NCBI GenBank assembly: GCA_944383015.1
Contig: CALWOC010000001.1
Coordinates: 363,976-427,975 of the forward strand
Length of the DNA: 64,000 bases
Source of the DNA: an uncultured Clostridia bacterium
Lineage (GTDB): Bacteria; Bacillota; Clostridia; TANB77; CAG-465
Direction of reading: 5' to 3'
The notes below the pieces were generated by a model. The model was given only the letters and a program-made list of their open reading frames with translations. It searched no databases and had not been told where the DNA came from. Positions 1-10,087 of this stretch are shown piece by piece. How positions within the stretch are numbered: the first letter of the stretch is position 1; each line of letters starts with the position of its first letter. A program made the position numbers and the translations under genes.

Positions 1-291
1 ATCTTGTTTTAGTTTTTCATATAGTGGAAAATCTTTTAAATATATTAAATTTCTTGCTGTTATTATTCTATTGTTTCTTACAGCTCCTGGAACACCTATA
101 CCAATTGATTTTGCCTCTTTATAATTTGGAACATCTATTATCATTTCTTTTATTTTTCTATATAATTCTTCAGAAGAACTAACATTTTCTAATGTAGGTT
201 CCCTATTTATATACACTATATCATTATTTTTGTCTACAGCTCCCACTCTAATATTTGTTCCGCCTATATCTATACCAATATACTCTATCAT
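1..291 (-). CDS. ROK-family sugar kinase/regulator, N-terminal part (gene runs off the window start)
   Basis: Minus-strand ORF with ATG at 289-291 preceded by a GGAGGT RBS. The N-terminus MIEYIGIDIGGTNIRVG is the classic ROK/glucokinase ATP-binding motif. Confidence 0.6.
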   Translation of the reverse strand, partial: MIEYIGIDIGGTNIRVGAVDKNNDIVYINREPTLENVSSSEELYRKIKEMIIDVPNYKEAKSIGIGVPGAVRNNRIITARNLIYLKDFPLYEKLKQD

Positions 292-370
292 AAATACCTC
301 CATAAATAATATATACATATTATATCCTATATAATTTTAAATTTCATTACTATTTTTAAATATTTTTTAT

Positions 371-399
371 TGACACTAAACCAAATAAGTGATAGAATA
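371..399 (+). promoter_or_regulatory. sigma-A type promoter for tRNA-Leu (TTGACA-17-TAGAAT)
   Basis: TTGACA at 371-376 and TAGAAT at 394-399 with a 17-nt spacer, about 10 nt upstream of the tRNA 5' end. Confidence 0.5.
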
Positions 400-408
400 T
401 CAATCAGC

Positions 409-497
409 GGGAGTGTGGCGGAACTGGCAGACGCACAGGACTTAAAATCCTGCGAGGGTTAAACCTCGTACCGGTTCGATTCCGGTCATTCCCACCA
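409..497 (+). tRNA. tRNA-Leu (anticodon UAA), long variable arm, encoded CCA
   Basis: Acceptor GGGAGTG pairs with CATTCCC. D-arm GCGGAACTGGCAG, anticodon loop CTTAAAA, long variable arm, T-arm CCGGTTCGATTCCGG, and a CCA end at 495-497. Confidence 0.9.
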
Positions 498-508
498 AAA
501 ATATTAAA

Positions 509-541
509 AAGCGAGTGAACTAAAATCATTCGCTTTTTTTG
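509..541. terminator. intrinsic terminator hairpin between tRNA-Leu and the 3' end of argH
   Basis: GCGAGTGA / TCATTCGC stem followed by a T7 run on the plus strand. It sits between two convergent transcription units. Confidence 0.6.
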
Positions 542-543
542 CT

Positions 544-1911
544 TTAATAAATCTCTTTTAACTCTTCTATTCTTTTTCTTACCTGTACAGGTGAAGGTCC
601 ACCTATAACGTTTCTATTACTTACACACTTCTCTAAACTTATTTCACTATATATATCATCATTAAAATTATTATCAAAACTTTTATATTGCTCAATTGTC
701 ATTTCATCTAATGTAATATTATTTTCAATACAAAATGATACAATTTGACCAACTATCTTATATGCTTTTCTAAATGGCAATCCTTTTTTCACTAAATAAT
801 CAGCACAATCTGTGGCATTAATAAAACCATTTAATGCTGCCTTTTTCATATTTTCCTTAAATATTTTCATTGTTTTTAATAAAGGTGATAGTGTCTCCAT
901 ACATATTTTTACAGTATCTATACTATCAAAAATTGCCTCTTTATCTTCTTGCATATCCTTATTATATGCAAGAGGTATTCCTTTCATCATTGTCAATAGA
1001 GTAATTAAATCCCCATATACTCTTCCTGTTTTTCCTCTTATAAGTTCTGCAATATCTGGATTTTTCTTTTGTGGCATAATTGAAGATCCAGTTGAAAAGG
1101 CGTCATCTAGCTCTATAAACTTAAATTCCCAAGAACACCACATTATAATCTCTTCACTAATTCTAGATAAATGCATCATTATTATAGAAATATTAGATGC
1201 TAATTCTATAACAAAATCTCTATCTGATACGCCATCTAAGCTATTTTGAGTAACATTATAAAAGCCAAGTTCTTCTTTTACAAATTCTCTGTCTATATTA
1301 TATGTAGTTGTAGCTAAAGCACAACTTCCTAAAGGCATTACATTTGTTCTTTTGTATGTATCTTCTAATCTATTTATATCTCTTATAAACATTTCCACAT
1401 ATGCTAATAAATGATGTGCAAAAGTTATTGGCTGAGCTCTTTGCAAATGTGTATAACCAGGCATAACAGTTTCTACATTTTCTTCTGCCTTTTGTAATAA
1501 TTCTTTTATTAGTCCTTTAAGTAATTTTATTAATGTAGTTATTTCCTCTTTTAAATTCATTCTTAAATCTAATGCTACTTGATCATTTCTACTTCTTGCA
1601 GTATGTAATCTTTTTCCAGTATCTCCTAATCTTTTAGTAAGTTCTGCCTCAACGAACATATGTATGTCTTCTGCTTCTTGATCTATTTTTAATATTCCAT
1701 CATTTATATCATACATTATTTTGTTTAATTCACATACAATTTTTTCTGCCTCAACTTTATCTATTATTCCTTGTTTTGATAACATTTTCGCATGTGCAAT
1801 ACTTCCCTGTATATCTTGTTTATACATTCTAAAGTCAAAACTAATTGAAGAGTTAAAATCATTAGTTTTTGTATCTATATTCTTTTTAAATCTTCCTTCC
1901 CATAAAGGCAT
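544..1911 (-). CDS. argH: argininosuccinate lyase
   Basis: The 455-aa ORF has lyase class I (fumarase/aspartase) family signatures throughout, consistent with argininosuccinate lyase. It lies immediately downstream of argG. Confidence 0.93.
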   Translation of the reverse strand: MPLWEGRFKKNIDTKTNDFNSSISFDFRMYKQDIQGSIAHAKMLSKQGIIDKVEAEKIVCELNKIMYDINDGILKIDQEAEDIHMFVEAELTKRLGDTGKRLHTARSRNDQVALDLRMNLKEEITTLIKLLKGLIKELLQKAEENVETVMPGYTHLQRAQPITFAHHLLAYVEMFIRDINRLEDTYKRTNVMPLGSCALATTTYNIDREFVKEELGFYNVTQNSLDGVSDRDFVIELASNISIIMMHLSRISEEIIMWCSWEFKFIELDDAFSTGSSIMPQKKNPDIAELIRGKTGRVYGDLITLLTMMKGIPLAYNKDMQEDKEAIFDSIDTVKICMETLSPLLKTMKIFKENMKKAALNGFINATDCADYLVKKGLPFRKAYKIVGQIVSFCIENNITLDEMTIEQYKSFDNNFNDDIYSEISLEKCVSNRNVIGGPSPVQVRKRIEELKEIY

Positions 1912-1926
1912 TTAAAATCACTCCTA

Positions 1927-3141
1927 TCATTTTATGTTTAACATTTTTTTAGCTCTAATCTTAGTTGGTAATCCATATAAATTAATAAATCCCTTTGAAT
2001 CCTCATGATTGTATTCTTCTTCTTCATCAAAAGATGCAATTTTCTTTGAATATAATGAATATGGACTATTAACTCCTGCATTAATTATATTTCCTTTATA
2101 TAATTTAAGCTTAACTTGTCCAGTAACATTTTCTTGAGTTTTATCTATAAATGCTGATAAAGCTTCTCTTAATGGTGTAAACCAACAAGCATTATATAAT
2201 AACTCTCCAAATTTCTCAGATACTCCTTGTTTATAATGCATAGTATCTTTATCTAAACATATTGTTTCTAAAATTTCATGTGCTTTATATATAATTGTTC
2301 CTCCAGGTGTTTCATATACACCTCTTGATTTCATTCCAACAAGTCTATTTTCTATCATATCTATAATTCCTATTCCATTTCTTCCACCTATGTCATTAAG
2401 TTTTAATATAATATCTAATACACTCATATTAATCCCATTTAATTCCTTAGGAATTCCTTTTTCAAAATATATATTTACTACCTCTTCTTTATCTGGAGCT
2501 TGCTTTGGACTTACTCCCATCTCAAGAATTTTTTCATATTGTGGTTCATTTTTAATATCTTCTAAATCAAGACCTTCATGTGATAAATGCCATAAATTTT
2601 TGTCCTTTGAATAGTTTGTCTTTCTATTTATAGTAAGAGGTATTCCATGTTTTTCCGCATATTCTATTTCTTTTTCTCTTGTTTTTAATTCCCATGTTCT
2701 CCATGGTACAATTACCTCAATGTCTGGTGCAAAGTTCTTAATTCCAAGTTCAAATCTAACTTGATCATTTCCTTTTCCAGTTGCACCATGACATATTGCA
2801 GTTGCACCTTCCTTACTTGCTATTTCAACTAATTTTTTTGCAATTAATGGTCTTGAAAAAGTAGTTCCTAATAAATATGAATTTTCATATTTTGCATTTG
2901 CTTTAATTGCTGGAACTATATAGTCATTTACTAGTTCATTTTTTAAATCCAATATGTATGCTTTTGACGCCCCAGCTTTTATTGCCTTTTCTTCAAGTCC
3001 AACTAATTCTGACTCTCCTTGTCCTACATCTGCTGTTACTGTTATTATTTCAGCTCCTTTATAGTTTTCTTTTAACCAAGTGATCATTACAGAAGTATCT
3101 AGTCCTCCTGAATAAGATAATACTATTTTTTTGTGTTCCAT
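1927..3141 (-). CDS. argG: argininosuccinate synthase
   Basis: The 404-aa ORF starts [18 protein letters not shown], the PP-loop SGGxDTS motif, and has full-length ArgG similarity. RBS AGAGGAGAA. Confidence 0.93.
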   Translation of the reverse strand: MEHKKIVLSYSGGLDTSVMITWLKENYKGAEIITVTADVGQGESELVGLEEKAIKAGASKAYILDLKNELVNDYIVPAIKANAKYENSYLLGTTFSRPLIAKKLVEIASKEGATAICHGATGKGNDQVRFELGIKNFAPDIEVIVPWRTWELKTREKEIEYAEKHGIPLTINRKTNYSKDKNLWHLSHEGLDLEDIKNEPQYEKILEMGVSPKQAPDKEEVVNIYFEKGIPKELNGINMSVLDIILKLNDIGGRNGIGIIDMIENRLVGMKSRGVYETPGGTIIYKAHEILETICLDKDTMHYKQGVSEKFGELLYNACWFTPLREALSAFIDKTQENVTGQVKLKLYKGNIINAGVNSPYSLYSKKIASFDEEEEYNHEDSKGFINLYGLPTKIRAKKMLNIK

Positions 3142-3183
3142 TAAAATTCTCCTCTCTTTTTATGTATTTAATTAAAATTAGTA

Positions 3184-3249
3184 TTATCTACGTCTTCGTT
3201 TAGGCCAACCACTATAAAAGAACTGTTTATAACTTGCATTTTCTTTCAT
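3184..3249 (-). CDS. 21-codon mini-ORF ending in four Arg codons (MKENASYKQFFYSGWPKRRRR), between the T-box terminator and argG
   Basis: ATG at 3247-3249 on the minus strand with an AAGGAG RBS at a 7-nt spacing. The last sense codons are CGA AGA CGT AGA, then TAA at 3184-3186. It is too short for the ORF track. Confidence 0.4.
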   Translation of the reverse strand: MKENASYKQFFYSGWPKRRRR

Positions 3250-3289
3250 AATGTTTTCTCCTTTCAAATTCTATATTCAACTAGGGTAC

Positions 3290-3546
3290 AAAAAAGCACC
3301 TCTAGTTATTTCTAGAGGTGCTTTATGCACGGTACCACTCTAGTTGCCTATAAATTATATAGACCACTCATTTACCTGTAACGTAGGCTATACGTACTAT
3401 CATACTTTTACTTTAATAATTTCAGTTCTGATAGTCACTCCTGAGCTCTCTTCACATATCATCCACTGTTTGGCTCACACCACCCCAAATTCGCTTTAGC
3501 TTCATAATATACTACTCTCTCAATCAACGCTTTAATATTAACATGT
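3290..3546 (-). ncRNA. T-box riboswitch leader upstream of argG, including an intrinsic terminator at 3290-3321
   Basis: The minus-strand RNA carries a GAGAGAGUAGU Stem-I base and the T-box core AACUAGAGUGGUACCGUGC. The antiterminator is CUAGAG / UGGUACC bulge / GUGC-AUAAA-GCAC / CUCUAG. The mutually exclusive terminator is GCACCUCUAG-AAAUAA-CUAGAGGUGC followed by U6. Confidence 0.75.
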
Positions 3547-3552
3547 ATAGAT

Positions 3553-3581
3553 ATATTAACATATTTTTAATTAATTGTCAA
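3553..3581 (-). promoter_or_regulatory. sigma-A promoter for the arg T-box leader (TTGACA-17-TAATAT on the minus strand)
   Basis: Minus-strand TTGACA (plus 3576-3581) and TAATAT (plus 3553-3558) with a 17-nt spacer. Confidence 0.5.
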
Positions 3582-3679
3582 CATAAATTATATTGTATTT
3601 TTATGTTAACTATGTTATAATATTAATTGATGGATATATTTTTTAATCTGTTAAATTAATATTAGAGGAGGATGAACAT

Positions 3680-4066
3680 ATGGAAAAATCATATGAAGTT
3701 GCCGCAAATTGGTGGGCAAAAAGAATTAAAAATTTTAAAAGATTTGACAATGGAGAAAGTGATAAAAATAATTTCCTAGCATCACTATTAGCTACTCAAA
3801 ATGCACTTAACTCTATGCCAAGTGAAGAACAGCTATTAACATTTGAAAAGGCTTTAGCTAAACTAATTAAAGATGAACTTAAATCTAAAGATGAAGTTAT
3901 TGCAAAAGTAGATTATGATCCAAATGAATTACTTTTAAATGCTGCAAAGGAGGCTGGTATAAGTAAAACTGTTTTTCCTTGGAAAACAATTGTTTGGGTT
4001 AAAGATAATAAAGTTACAGTACGTGATGGATATAATGCAAAAGTTGAAATTATATACCAAAAATAA
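3680..4066 (+). CDS. hypothetical protein (128 aa)
   Basis: Clean ORF with a GAGGAGG RBS, followed by a terminator. No motif I recognise. Confidence 0.65.
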   Translation: MEKSYEVAANWWAKRIKNFKRFDNGESDKNNFLASLLATQNALNSMPSEEQLLTFEKALAKLIKDELKSKDEVIAKVDYDPNELLLNAAKEAGISKTVFPWKTIVWVKDNKVTVRDGYNAKVEIIYQK

Positions 4067-4069
4067 AAA

Positions 4070-4101
4070 GGACTCACATCAAATTGATGTGAGCCCTTTT
4101 T
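4070..4101. terminator. bidirectional intrinsic terminator between the 3680 gene and adhE
   Basis: GACTCACATC / GATGTGAGCC hairpin with a T-run at 4097-4101 and an A-run upstream. Confidence 0.6.
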
Positions 4102-4104
4102 ATA

Positions 4105-6696
4105 TTATTTTTCTTCTCCATAATATGCATCTATTAGTATTTGCTTTAAATCTTCAACTAATGGTAGCTTTGGATTTGCTGTTGTACATTGATCTTCAAA
4201 AGCTTTATATGCAAGTTCTTCAACTTTTTGCATATATTCTTCCTCATCAATTCCTTCATCTTTAAATGACATTGACATATTCATACTCTTCATTAATTCA
4301 CGTATTGCATTAATTAATGAATCTATTCCTTCTTGAGTATTTTTTGCAGGAAATCCTTGTCTTTTTGCAATATCTGCATATCTTTTATCTGCAACAAAAT
4401 ATTCATATTTTGGGAAAGATACAAATTTATCTGGCATAATTGAATTGTATTTAATTACATATGGAAGTAAAATTGCATTTGCTCTTCCATGAGGAACATG
4501 ATACTCTGCTCCAATTTTATGAGCAAGTGAATGATTTATTCCTAAGAAAGCATTTGAAAAAGCCATACCTGCAATAGTACTTGCATTATGCATTTTTTCT
4601 CTAGCTTCTTTATCATCTGATGAATTATATGATCTTACTAAATATTTAAATACTAATTCAACAGCTTTTTCTGCCAAACCATCAGTATAATCATTTGCCA
4701 TATTAGATACATATGCCTCAAGAGCATGTGTTAATACATCCATACCTGTATCTGCAACACTTTTTGCTGGTAAAGAATATACAAGTTCTGGATCAACAAT
4801 AGCTACTGTTGGAACTAAAGCATAATCTGCAAGTGGATATTTCATATTATTAACCTTATCTGAAATAACAGCAAATGAAGTTGTTTCTGAACCAGTACCA
4901 CTTGTTGTTGGTATAGCAACCATCTTAGCTTTTTTACCTAAATCTTCAATTTTATATACTCTTTTTCTTATATCCATAAACTTATTTTTCATAGCATCTA
5001 AATCTACTTCTGGTTGCTCATATAAAAGCCACATTCCTTTAGCAGCATCAATTGCACTTCCACCACCAAGGGCTATAATACAATCTGGTTCAAATTTATT
5101 CATTATATCTACACCTTTATTTATTGTGTCAAAAGATGGATCTGGTTCAACTTGATCAAAAATATATGAATGAACTTTATTTTTTCTATTTCTTAAATAA
5201 TATAATATTTTATCTACATATCCAAGTTTTACCATTGCTTTATCTGTTACAATAAATACTCTAGAAATATCTCTCATAACTTGTAAATATTGAATTGCAC
5301 CAGGTTCAAAAAAGATTTTATTTGGAACTTTAAACCACTGCATATTAACCCTCCTCTTTGCCATTCTTTTAATGTTTATTAAATTAACAGCTGAAACATT
5401 CGATGTAGTTGAATTTCCTCCAAAGGTACCACATCCAAGTGTTAAAGATGGTAAATTTGTATTATATATATCACCAATTGCTCCATGTGTTGATGGTGAA
5501 TTTACAATAATTCTTCCTGCTTTCATTGTATTACCAAATTTTTCTATTATATCTTTATCCTCTGCATGAATAACAGCTGAATGTCCAAGACCACCATAGC
5601 TTAATAATTTACTTGCTATATCCAAAGCTTCAGTTTCATCTTTAACTATATAATATGCAAGAATTGGACTTAATTTTTCTCTAGATAATGGGTATTCATC
5701 TCCAACACCATCTAGTTTTGCAATTAATATTTTTGTTTTTTCATCAACATTTATGCCAGCATTTTTTGCAATTGTATATGCTGACTGACCAACTATTGAA
5801 GAATTAACATTTAATACGCCATTCTTTTCAACAATAACATATTTTTGTAATTTTTCTTTTTCTTTTTCATTTAAAAAATAACATCCATACTCTTTCATAA
5901 GTTTTTCAAACTCGTTTTTTATTTCTTTATCTACTATTACAGATTGCTCTGAAGCACAAATCATTCCGTTATCAAAAGTTTTTGACATAATTAAATCTGT
6001 AACTGAAGTTCTAAGCTTTGCACTCTTATGAATATAACAAGGAACATTTCCAGGTCCTACTCCAAGAGCTGGTTTTCCACAAGAGTATGCAGACTTAACC
6101 ATGCCAGAACCACCTGTTGCAAGAATTATCTTAACATCTTTATGATTCATCAAAGCATTTGTTGCCTCTATTGATGGAGTTTCAATCCATTGTATACAAT
6201 TTTTAGGTGCTCCTGCTCTAACAGCTGCATCTAAAACTGTCTTTGCTGCTGCAATACTACATTGTTGTGCAGAAGGATGAAAGCCAAATATAATAGGATT
6301 TCTAGTTTTTACTGCAATTAAAGATTTAAAAATTGTTGTAGATGTTGGATTTGTAACTGGTGTTACTCCAGCTATTATTCCAACTGGCTCTGCTACTAAC
6401 TCATAATCTTCTAATTCATTATCTTCAATAACTCCAACTGTTTTATTATATTTTATATTATGATAAATATATTCAGAGGCAAATATATTTTTTGTAACCT
6501 TATCTTCTACTACACCTCTTTTTGTTTCTTCAACTGCAAGTCTAGCAAGTTCCATATGCTTTGTATTTGCAGCTATTGACATTTGTTTAACTATTTCATC
6601 AATTTTTGTTTGATCTAATTTCATATACTCTTGTTCCGCTTCTTTTGCTTTTCTAACAAATTCATTAATCATATCTGTTACATTTATTTCTTCCAT
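4105..6696 (-). CDS. adhE: bifunctional acetaldehyde-CoA/alcohol dehydrogenase
   Basis: The 863-aa ORF has an N-terminal aldehyde dehydrogenase half and a C-terminal iron-containing alcohol dehydrogenase half, which is the typical AdhE architecture. Confidence 0.93.
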   Translation of the reverse strand: MEEINVTDMINEFVRKAKEAEQEYMKLDQTKIDEIVKQMSIAANTKHMELARLAVEETKRGVVEDKVTKNIFASEYIYHNIKYNKTVGVIEDNELEDYELVAEPVGIIAGVTPVTNPTSTTIFKSLIAVKTRNPIIFGFHPSAQQCSIAAAKTVLDAAVRAGAPKNCIQWIETPSIEATNALMNHKDVKIILATGGSGMVKSAYSCGKPALGVGPGNVPCYIHKSAKLRTSVTDLIMSKTFDNGMICASEQSVIVDKEIKNEFEKLMKEYGCYFLNEKEKEKLQKYVIVEKNGVLNVNSSIVGQSAYTIAKNAGINVDEKTKILIAKLDGVGDEYPLSREKLSPILAYYIVKDETEALDIASKLLSYGGLGHSAVIHAEDKDIIEKFGNTMKAGRIIVNSPSTHGAIGDIYNTNLPSLTLGCGTFGGNSTTSNVSAVNLINIKRMAKRRVNMQWFKVPNKIFFEPGAIQYLQVMRDISRVFIVTDKAMVKLGYVDKILYYLRNRKNKVHSYIFDQVEPDPSFDTINKGVDIMNKFEPDCIIALGGGSAIDAAKGMWLLYEQPEVDLDAMKNKFMDIRKRVYKIEDLGKKAKMVAIPTTSGTGSETTSFAVISDKVNNMKYPLADYALVPTVAIVDPELVYSLPAKSVADTGMDVLTHALEAYVSNMANDYTDGLAEKAVELVFKYLVRSYNSSDDKEAREKMHNASTIAGMAFSNAFLGINHSLAHKIGAEYHVPHGRANAILLPYVIKYNSIMPDKFVSFPKYEYFVADKRYADIAKRQGFPAKNTQEGIDSLINAIRELMKSMNMSMSFKDEGIDEEEYMQKVEELAYKAFEDQCTTANPKLPLVEDLKQILIDAYYGEEK

Positions 6697-6897
6697 AAGT
6701 GTCCTCCTCTTTTAAAAAACCTATTATGATTTTAGCACGAAGAAATTGGTTTATCAAGCAGAATGTTTTAATTCAACAATTTATTTTTTTATATGCAAAA
6801 AAGTATTTACGTACGTACTTTTTTAAGATATAATATAAAGTATTTATATATTGATTATTTTTACAAAAATAAATACAATATATTTATAGGTGAATAT

Positions 6898-7569
6898 ATG
6901 GACAATACATTAAATTATGAAAAAAAGAAATTTAAAGATGAATTTAATTTTTATAAATTATTTTGGATATTTTATATAGGCGGTATTTCAGGTGTAATTG
7001 TTGAAACTATATGGTGTATATTAACTAATGGGTATTTTGAATATAGAACAGCTTTAATACTAGAACCAATAAATCCAGTATATGGAGTTGGAGCATTAAT
7101 TATATCGTTATTATTATATAATTTTAAAAAATATAATAACTTTGTATTATACTCTGCTTCTTTTATAATAGGCGGAATATTTGAAACCCTATGCAGTTTA
7201 TTTCAAGAACTACTTTTTGGAACTGTATCTTGGATGTATAAGCCAAGTAATTTAGGAATTCTTGGAAATAGAACTAGCTTAATATATTGTTTCTTTTGGG
7301 GATTTTTAGGTATAATTTGGATTAGGGTTATTTATCCGTTTTTATCTAAAATCGTAGATAAATTCTATAACAATTTTACTAAAGTATTAACATTTATATT
7401 AGTAACACTTTTATCTATTGATATAATATTTTCAAGTGGAGCTTTACTTAGGCAAAAAGAAAGAAGGAATAATATTCCTCCTCAAAATAGTATTGATAAA
7501 TTTTATGACATTAACTTTTCAGACAATGTCTTAAAATTTTTCTATCACAATATAACAGTAATAGATTAA
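6898..7569 (+). CDS. polytopic membrane protein of unknown function (about 223 aa from ATG 6898)
   Basis: The upstream part of the 258-aa track ORF has no RBS. ATG 6898 (MDNTLNYEKK) follows AGGTGA. There are multiple hydrophobic helices. Confidence 0.55.
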   Translation: MDNTLNYEKKKFKDEFNFYKLFWIFYIGGISGVIVETIWCILTNGYFEYRTALILEPINPVYGVGALIISLLLYNFKKYNNFVLYSASFIIGGIFETLCSLFQELLFGTVSWMYKPSNLGILGNRTSLIYCFFWGFLGIIWIRVIYPFLSKIVDKFYNNFTKVLTFILVTLLSIDIIFSSGALLRQKERRNNIPPQNSIDKFYDINFSDNVLKFFYHNITVID

Positions 7570-7914
7570 TTAAATCGTTGCAAAATTATTTTAGAATATA
7601 GTCTATCTATATTCTTTTTTTCGTCTTATTATATAATTATATCTTTTAATTTACTCCCTCCTTTTTTATTACAAATTAAACCTATTCTAAGAACTAAAAT
7701 ACTACTTTTTGCTTTATAGGATAGACTTTTTTAGTTTTCATATCTTTTTTCGTATAGTAGTTCTCTTTATGTACAAAGTTATTATACAACTTTTAAATTG
7801 ATTGTATATATTTTTGATTTTATTCGAGCTTTTTTGCTATTAATTTGTCGTTTTAAAAAATAGTAATCACAAAAAAATATCTTATTCATACCATATACCA
7901 AGGAGGAATTAATA

Positions 7915-8583
7915 ATGGAAGAAAACAAAATCAAAATACCAATGCTTGGAAGTAAAGCACCAAGATTTAATGCAAATTCTACTTTCGGTCCATTAAAACT
8001 TACAGACTTCATAGGAAAATGGTTAGTACTCTTTTGTCATCCTTCAGATTTTACTCCTATTTGTACTACTGAAATAATTTCTTTTGCAAAACTTAATGAC
8101 GAATTTAGTAGAAGAAATTGCAGCCTATTAGGGCTAAGTGTTGATAGCAATCCTTCACACATTGCTTGGATAAAAGATATAGAAAAAAATACAGGAACAT
8201 CTATTCCTTTTCCTATAATATCTGATACAAATAAAGAAATTGCAAATCAATATGGAATGCTATCAAATATAAACGATGATAGTCAAACAGTAAGAAATGT
8301 ATACATAATAGACCCAAATCAAATAATAAGATGCATTCTTATTTATCCTGCTCAAAATGGAAGAAATATAACTGAAATTTTAAGGATGGTAGATGCTCTA
8401 CAAATGACTGATAATGAAAATGTTTTAACTCCAGCAAATTGGGTGCCTGGTAGTTCTACTGTAGCACCATCACCGCAAAATTATTTAGAAATGATGGAAA
8501 AAATGAAGGTAAATAATCCTAATAACTGTTTAGACTGGTATTTATGTTTTAATAAAGAAAATAACAATATAAGGAGATGGTAA
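7915..8583 (+). CDS. peroxiredoxin (1-Cys Prx / AhpC-TSA family)
   Basis: WLVLFCHPSDFTPICTTE peroxidatic-Cys motif with thioredoxin-fold similarity over 222 aa. RBS AAGGAGG. Confidence 0.88.
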   Translation: MEENKIKIPMLGSKAPRFNANSTFGPLKLTDFIGKWLVLFCHPSDFTPICTTEIISFAKLNDEFSRRNCSLLGLSVDSNPSHIAWIKDIEKNTGTSIPFPIISDTNKEIANQYGMLSNINDDSQTVRNVYIIDPNQIIRCILIYPAQNGRNITEILRMVDALQMTDNENVLTPANWVPGSSTVAPSPQNYLEMMEKMKVNNPNNCLDWYLCFNKENNNIRRW

Positions 8584-8584
8584 T

Positions 8585-8710
8585 ATGAATAATTGTTGTA
8601 ATAATTCACAAAACAATTCTGGAAACTGCATAACAGATTTATTTTGTAATGGTAACTTTATACTAATTTTACTATTACTGATACTTTTATTTTGTTTTTG
8701 TGGATGTTAA
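8585..8710 (+). CDS. 41-aa Cys-rich small membrane peptide (MNNCCNNSQNNSGNCITDLFCNGNFILILLLLILLFCFCGC)
   Basis: ATG at 8585 lies 1 nt after the peroxiredoxin stop, with an AAGGAG RBS 9 nt upstream. There are 9 Cys in 41 aa, a hydrophilic N-half, a hydrophobic C-half, and a terminator hairpin follows. It is below the ORF-track length cut-off. Confidence 0.4.
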   Translation: MNNCCNNSQNNSGNCITDLFCNGNFILILLLLILLFCFCGC

Positions 8711-8725
8711 AAAAGAATATAGAAT

Positions 8726-9277
8726 TTATCTATATTCTTCTTTTTGTGCTTTTTTTATAATACCATTTATATACTTATCTTTTCCTAAAGTATAACTTTG
8801 TCTATCATTTTTATATTTATTGTATAACTTAAGTTTAAGTTTCTCATACTTTTTTGCTTCATCTATATTTCTATTTAAGTAATCTCTAAATAAAATATAA
8901 TTTTTAGCTGTACTGCTATTTTCTGGTAATACATGAATAAATGCTTTTACTTTACCATTCTCCTCTTTTCTAATTAAAAAATCTCCTCCCTTTGTAGGCT
9001 CTTCTTTTATTGTATAAATATCACTTGCAACATTTTTCTTTACAAACTCTATAAATTCATCTAAATTATTACAAGTAATTAAAATGTCTATAATCGGTTT
9101 TGATTTTATTCCTTTAATTGCAGTACTTCCAACGTGCTCAATTTTAACATAAAAACCATCTAATATTTTTTCAAGATTAAGCTTTTCCTCATTAAAAATT
9201 TTAGTATAGTTATCATTATATTCTAATAATTCTAAAGTACCTCTTTTTAATCCTTGATTTTCCACATTATTCACCAT
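8726..9277 (-). CDS. GrpB-family protein (nucleotidyltransferase-like)
   Basis: Similar to the GrpB/UPF0157 family. I chose the Met at 9277 as the start, giving a short overlap with the upstream exonuclease gene. Confidence 0.7.
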   Translation of the reverse strand: MVNNVENQGLKRGTLELLEYNDNYTKIFNEEKLNLEKILDGFYVKIEHVGSTAIKGIKSKPIIDILITCNNLDEFIEFVKKNVASDIYTIKEEPTKGGDFLIRKEENGKVKAFIHVLPENSSTAKNYILFRDYLNRNIDEAKKYEKLKLKLYNKYKNDRQSYTLGKDKYINGIIKKAQKEEYR

Positions 9278-9785
9278 TATACATCTTTCTAATATTGTTA
9301 TATACATCTAGAGTTATCTCACAATCTCTTAAAGATCTATGAGCTCCACTATAATCTATATTAAATCTATTTGCCAGTGTTTCTAATTTATAATTTGGCA
9401 CATCTTTTACAATAGCTCTAGATAAAAGTAGTGTATCCATTGAATCCATTCGTACACCTTTACCTAATTCTTTTTTCATATAGACATCAAGAAAACTCAT
9501 ATCAAACTTGGCATTATGCGCCATAAGTCTCATTCCAAATGAAAATTCATCAAATACTTTTAGTGCTTCTTTGGTACTTAAGCCTTCGTCTACCATCTCA
9601 TTTGTGATTCCAGTAAGATTTGTTATAAACCAAGAAAGAGGTCTTGATGGTCTAACAAAAACATCCATTGTATCTACAACTTTATTATCTATAACTTTTA
9701 TAGCACCAATTTCTATTATTTCACTATTTTTAGGACTAAGACCTGTTGTTTCTAAGTCAACTATTACAAAACTATCCTCAAACAT
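9267..9785 (-). CDS. DnaQ-like 3'-5' exonuclease domain protein
   Basis: Exo I motif VIVDLETTG, with further conserved acidic and His/Tyr motifs (MAHNAKFD, YSGAHRSLRD). Confidence 0.85.
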   Translation of the reverse strand: MFEDSFVIVDLETTGLSPKNSEIIEIGAIKVIDNKVVDTMDVFVRPSRPLSWFITNLTGITNEMVDEGLSTKEALKVFDEFSFGMRLMAHNAKFDMSFLDVYMKKELGKGVRMDSMDTLLLSRAIVKDVPNYKLETLANRFNIDYSGAHRSLRDCEITLDVYNNIRKMYNGE

Positions 9786-9868
9786 ATTTCTTCCTCGCTT
9801 CTTACCGCAATATTATACATTATGTAACTAAAATTTGCAAATAAAATCATATAATTTACTTTAAAGTA

Positions 9869-9897
9869 TTGACTAAACTACATTACAGTGCTAAAAT
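9869..9897 (+). promoter_or_regulatory. sigma-A promoter for the metK leader (TTGACT-17-TAAAAT)
   Basis: TTGACT at 9869-9874 and TAAAAT at 9892-9897 with a 17-nt spacer. Confidence 0.5.
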
Positions 9898-9913
9898 AGT
9901 GTCACGTTAAAAT

Positions 9914-10046
9914 ATATCTTATCCAGAGTGACTGAGGGACAGGCCCTATGAAGTCCAGCAACCTGCAAAAATGTAAGGTGCTAATTCCTGCGGCATGACC
10001 GAAAGATAAGTTTTCTCGACTAGCTTGCCGTAGCTAGTCTTTTTTT
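9914..10046 (+). ncRNA. SAM-I (S-box) riboswitch with expression-platform terminator (10018-10046)
   Basis: UCUUAUCCAGAGUGACUGAGGGACAGGCCCUAUGAAGUCCAGCAACC...GGUGCUAAUUCCUGCGG...GAAAGAUAAG matches the S-box consensus blocks. The terminator GACTAGCTTGCCGTAGCTAGTC plus T7 follows. It is immediately upstream of metK. Confidence 0.85.
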
Positions 10047-10087
10047 ATACATGCCGATATTTTAATACTATGTTAGGGGGAATATTT

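Noticed and set aside
812-1249. Six-frame ORFs lying antisense inside strongly supported genes (812-1249, 1721-1915, 2390-2614, 5372-5569, 9508-9831, 10657-10987, 14004-14477, 15462-16220, 18148-18639, 19436-20156, 27038-27700, 28172-28612, 30989-31174, 37799-38032, 42757-43011, 45422-45715, 49610-50029, 62510-62983 and similar)
   Set aside because: They lack an RBS, have low-complexity Leu/Ser/Phe-rich translations typical of antisense reading of AT-rich genes, and are fully covered by well-supported genes on the other strand.
7782-8012. 76-aa minus-strand ORF overlapping the peroxiredoxin promoter and start
   Set aside because: It overlaps the RBS and 5' end of a well-supported gene and has no RBS of its own.
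10070-10087. Upstream ATG (10070) as the metK start
   Set aside because: It has no Shine-Dalgarno sequence. ATG 10088 follows a GGGGGA RBS and gives the canonical MetK N-terminus.
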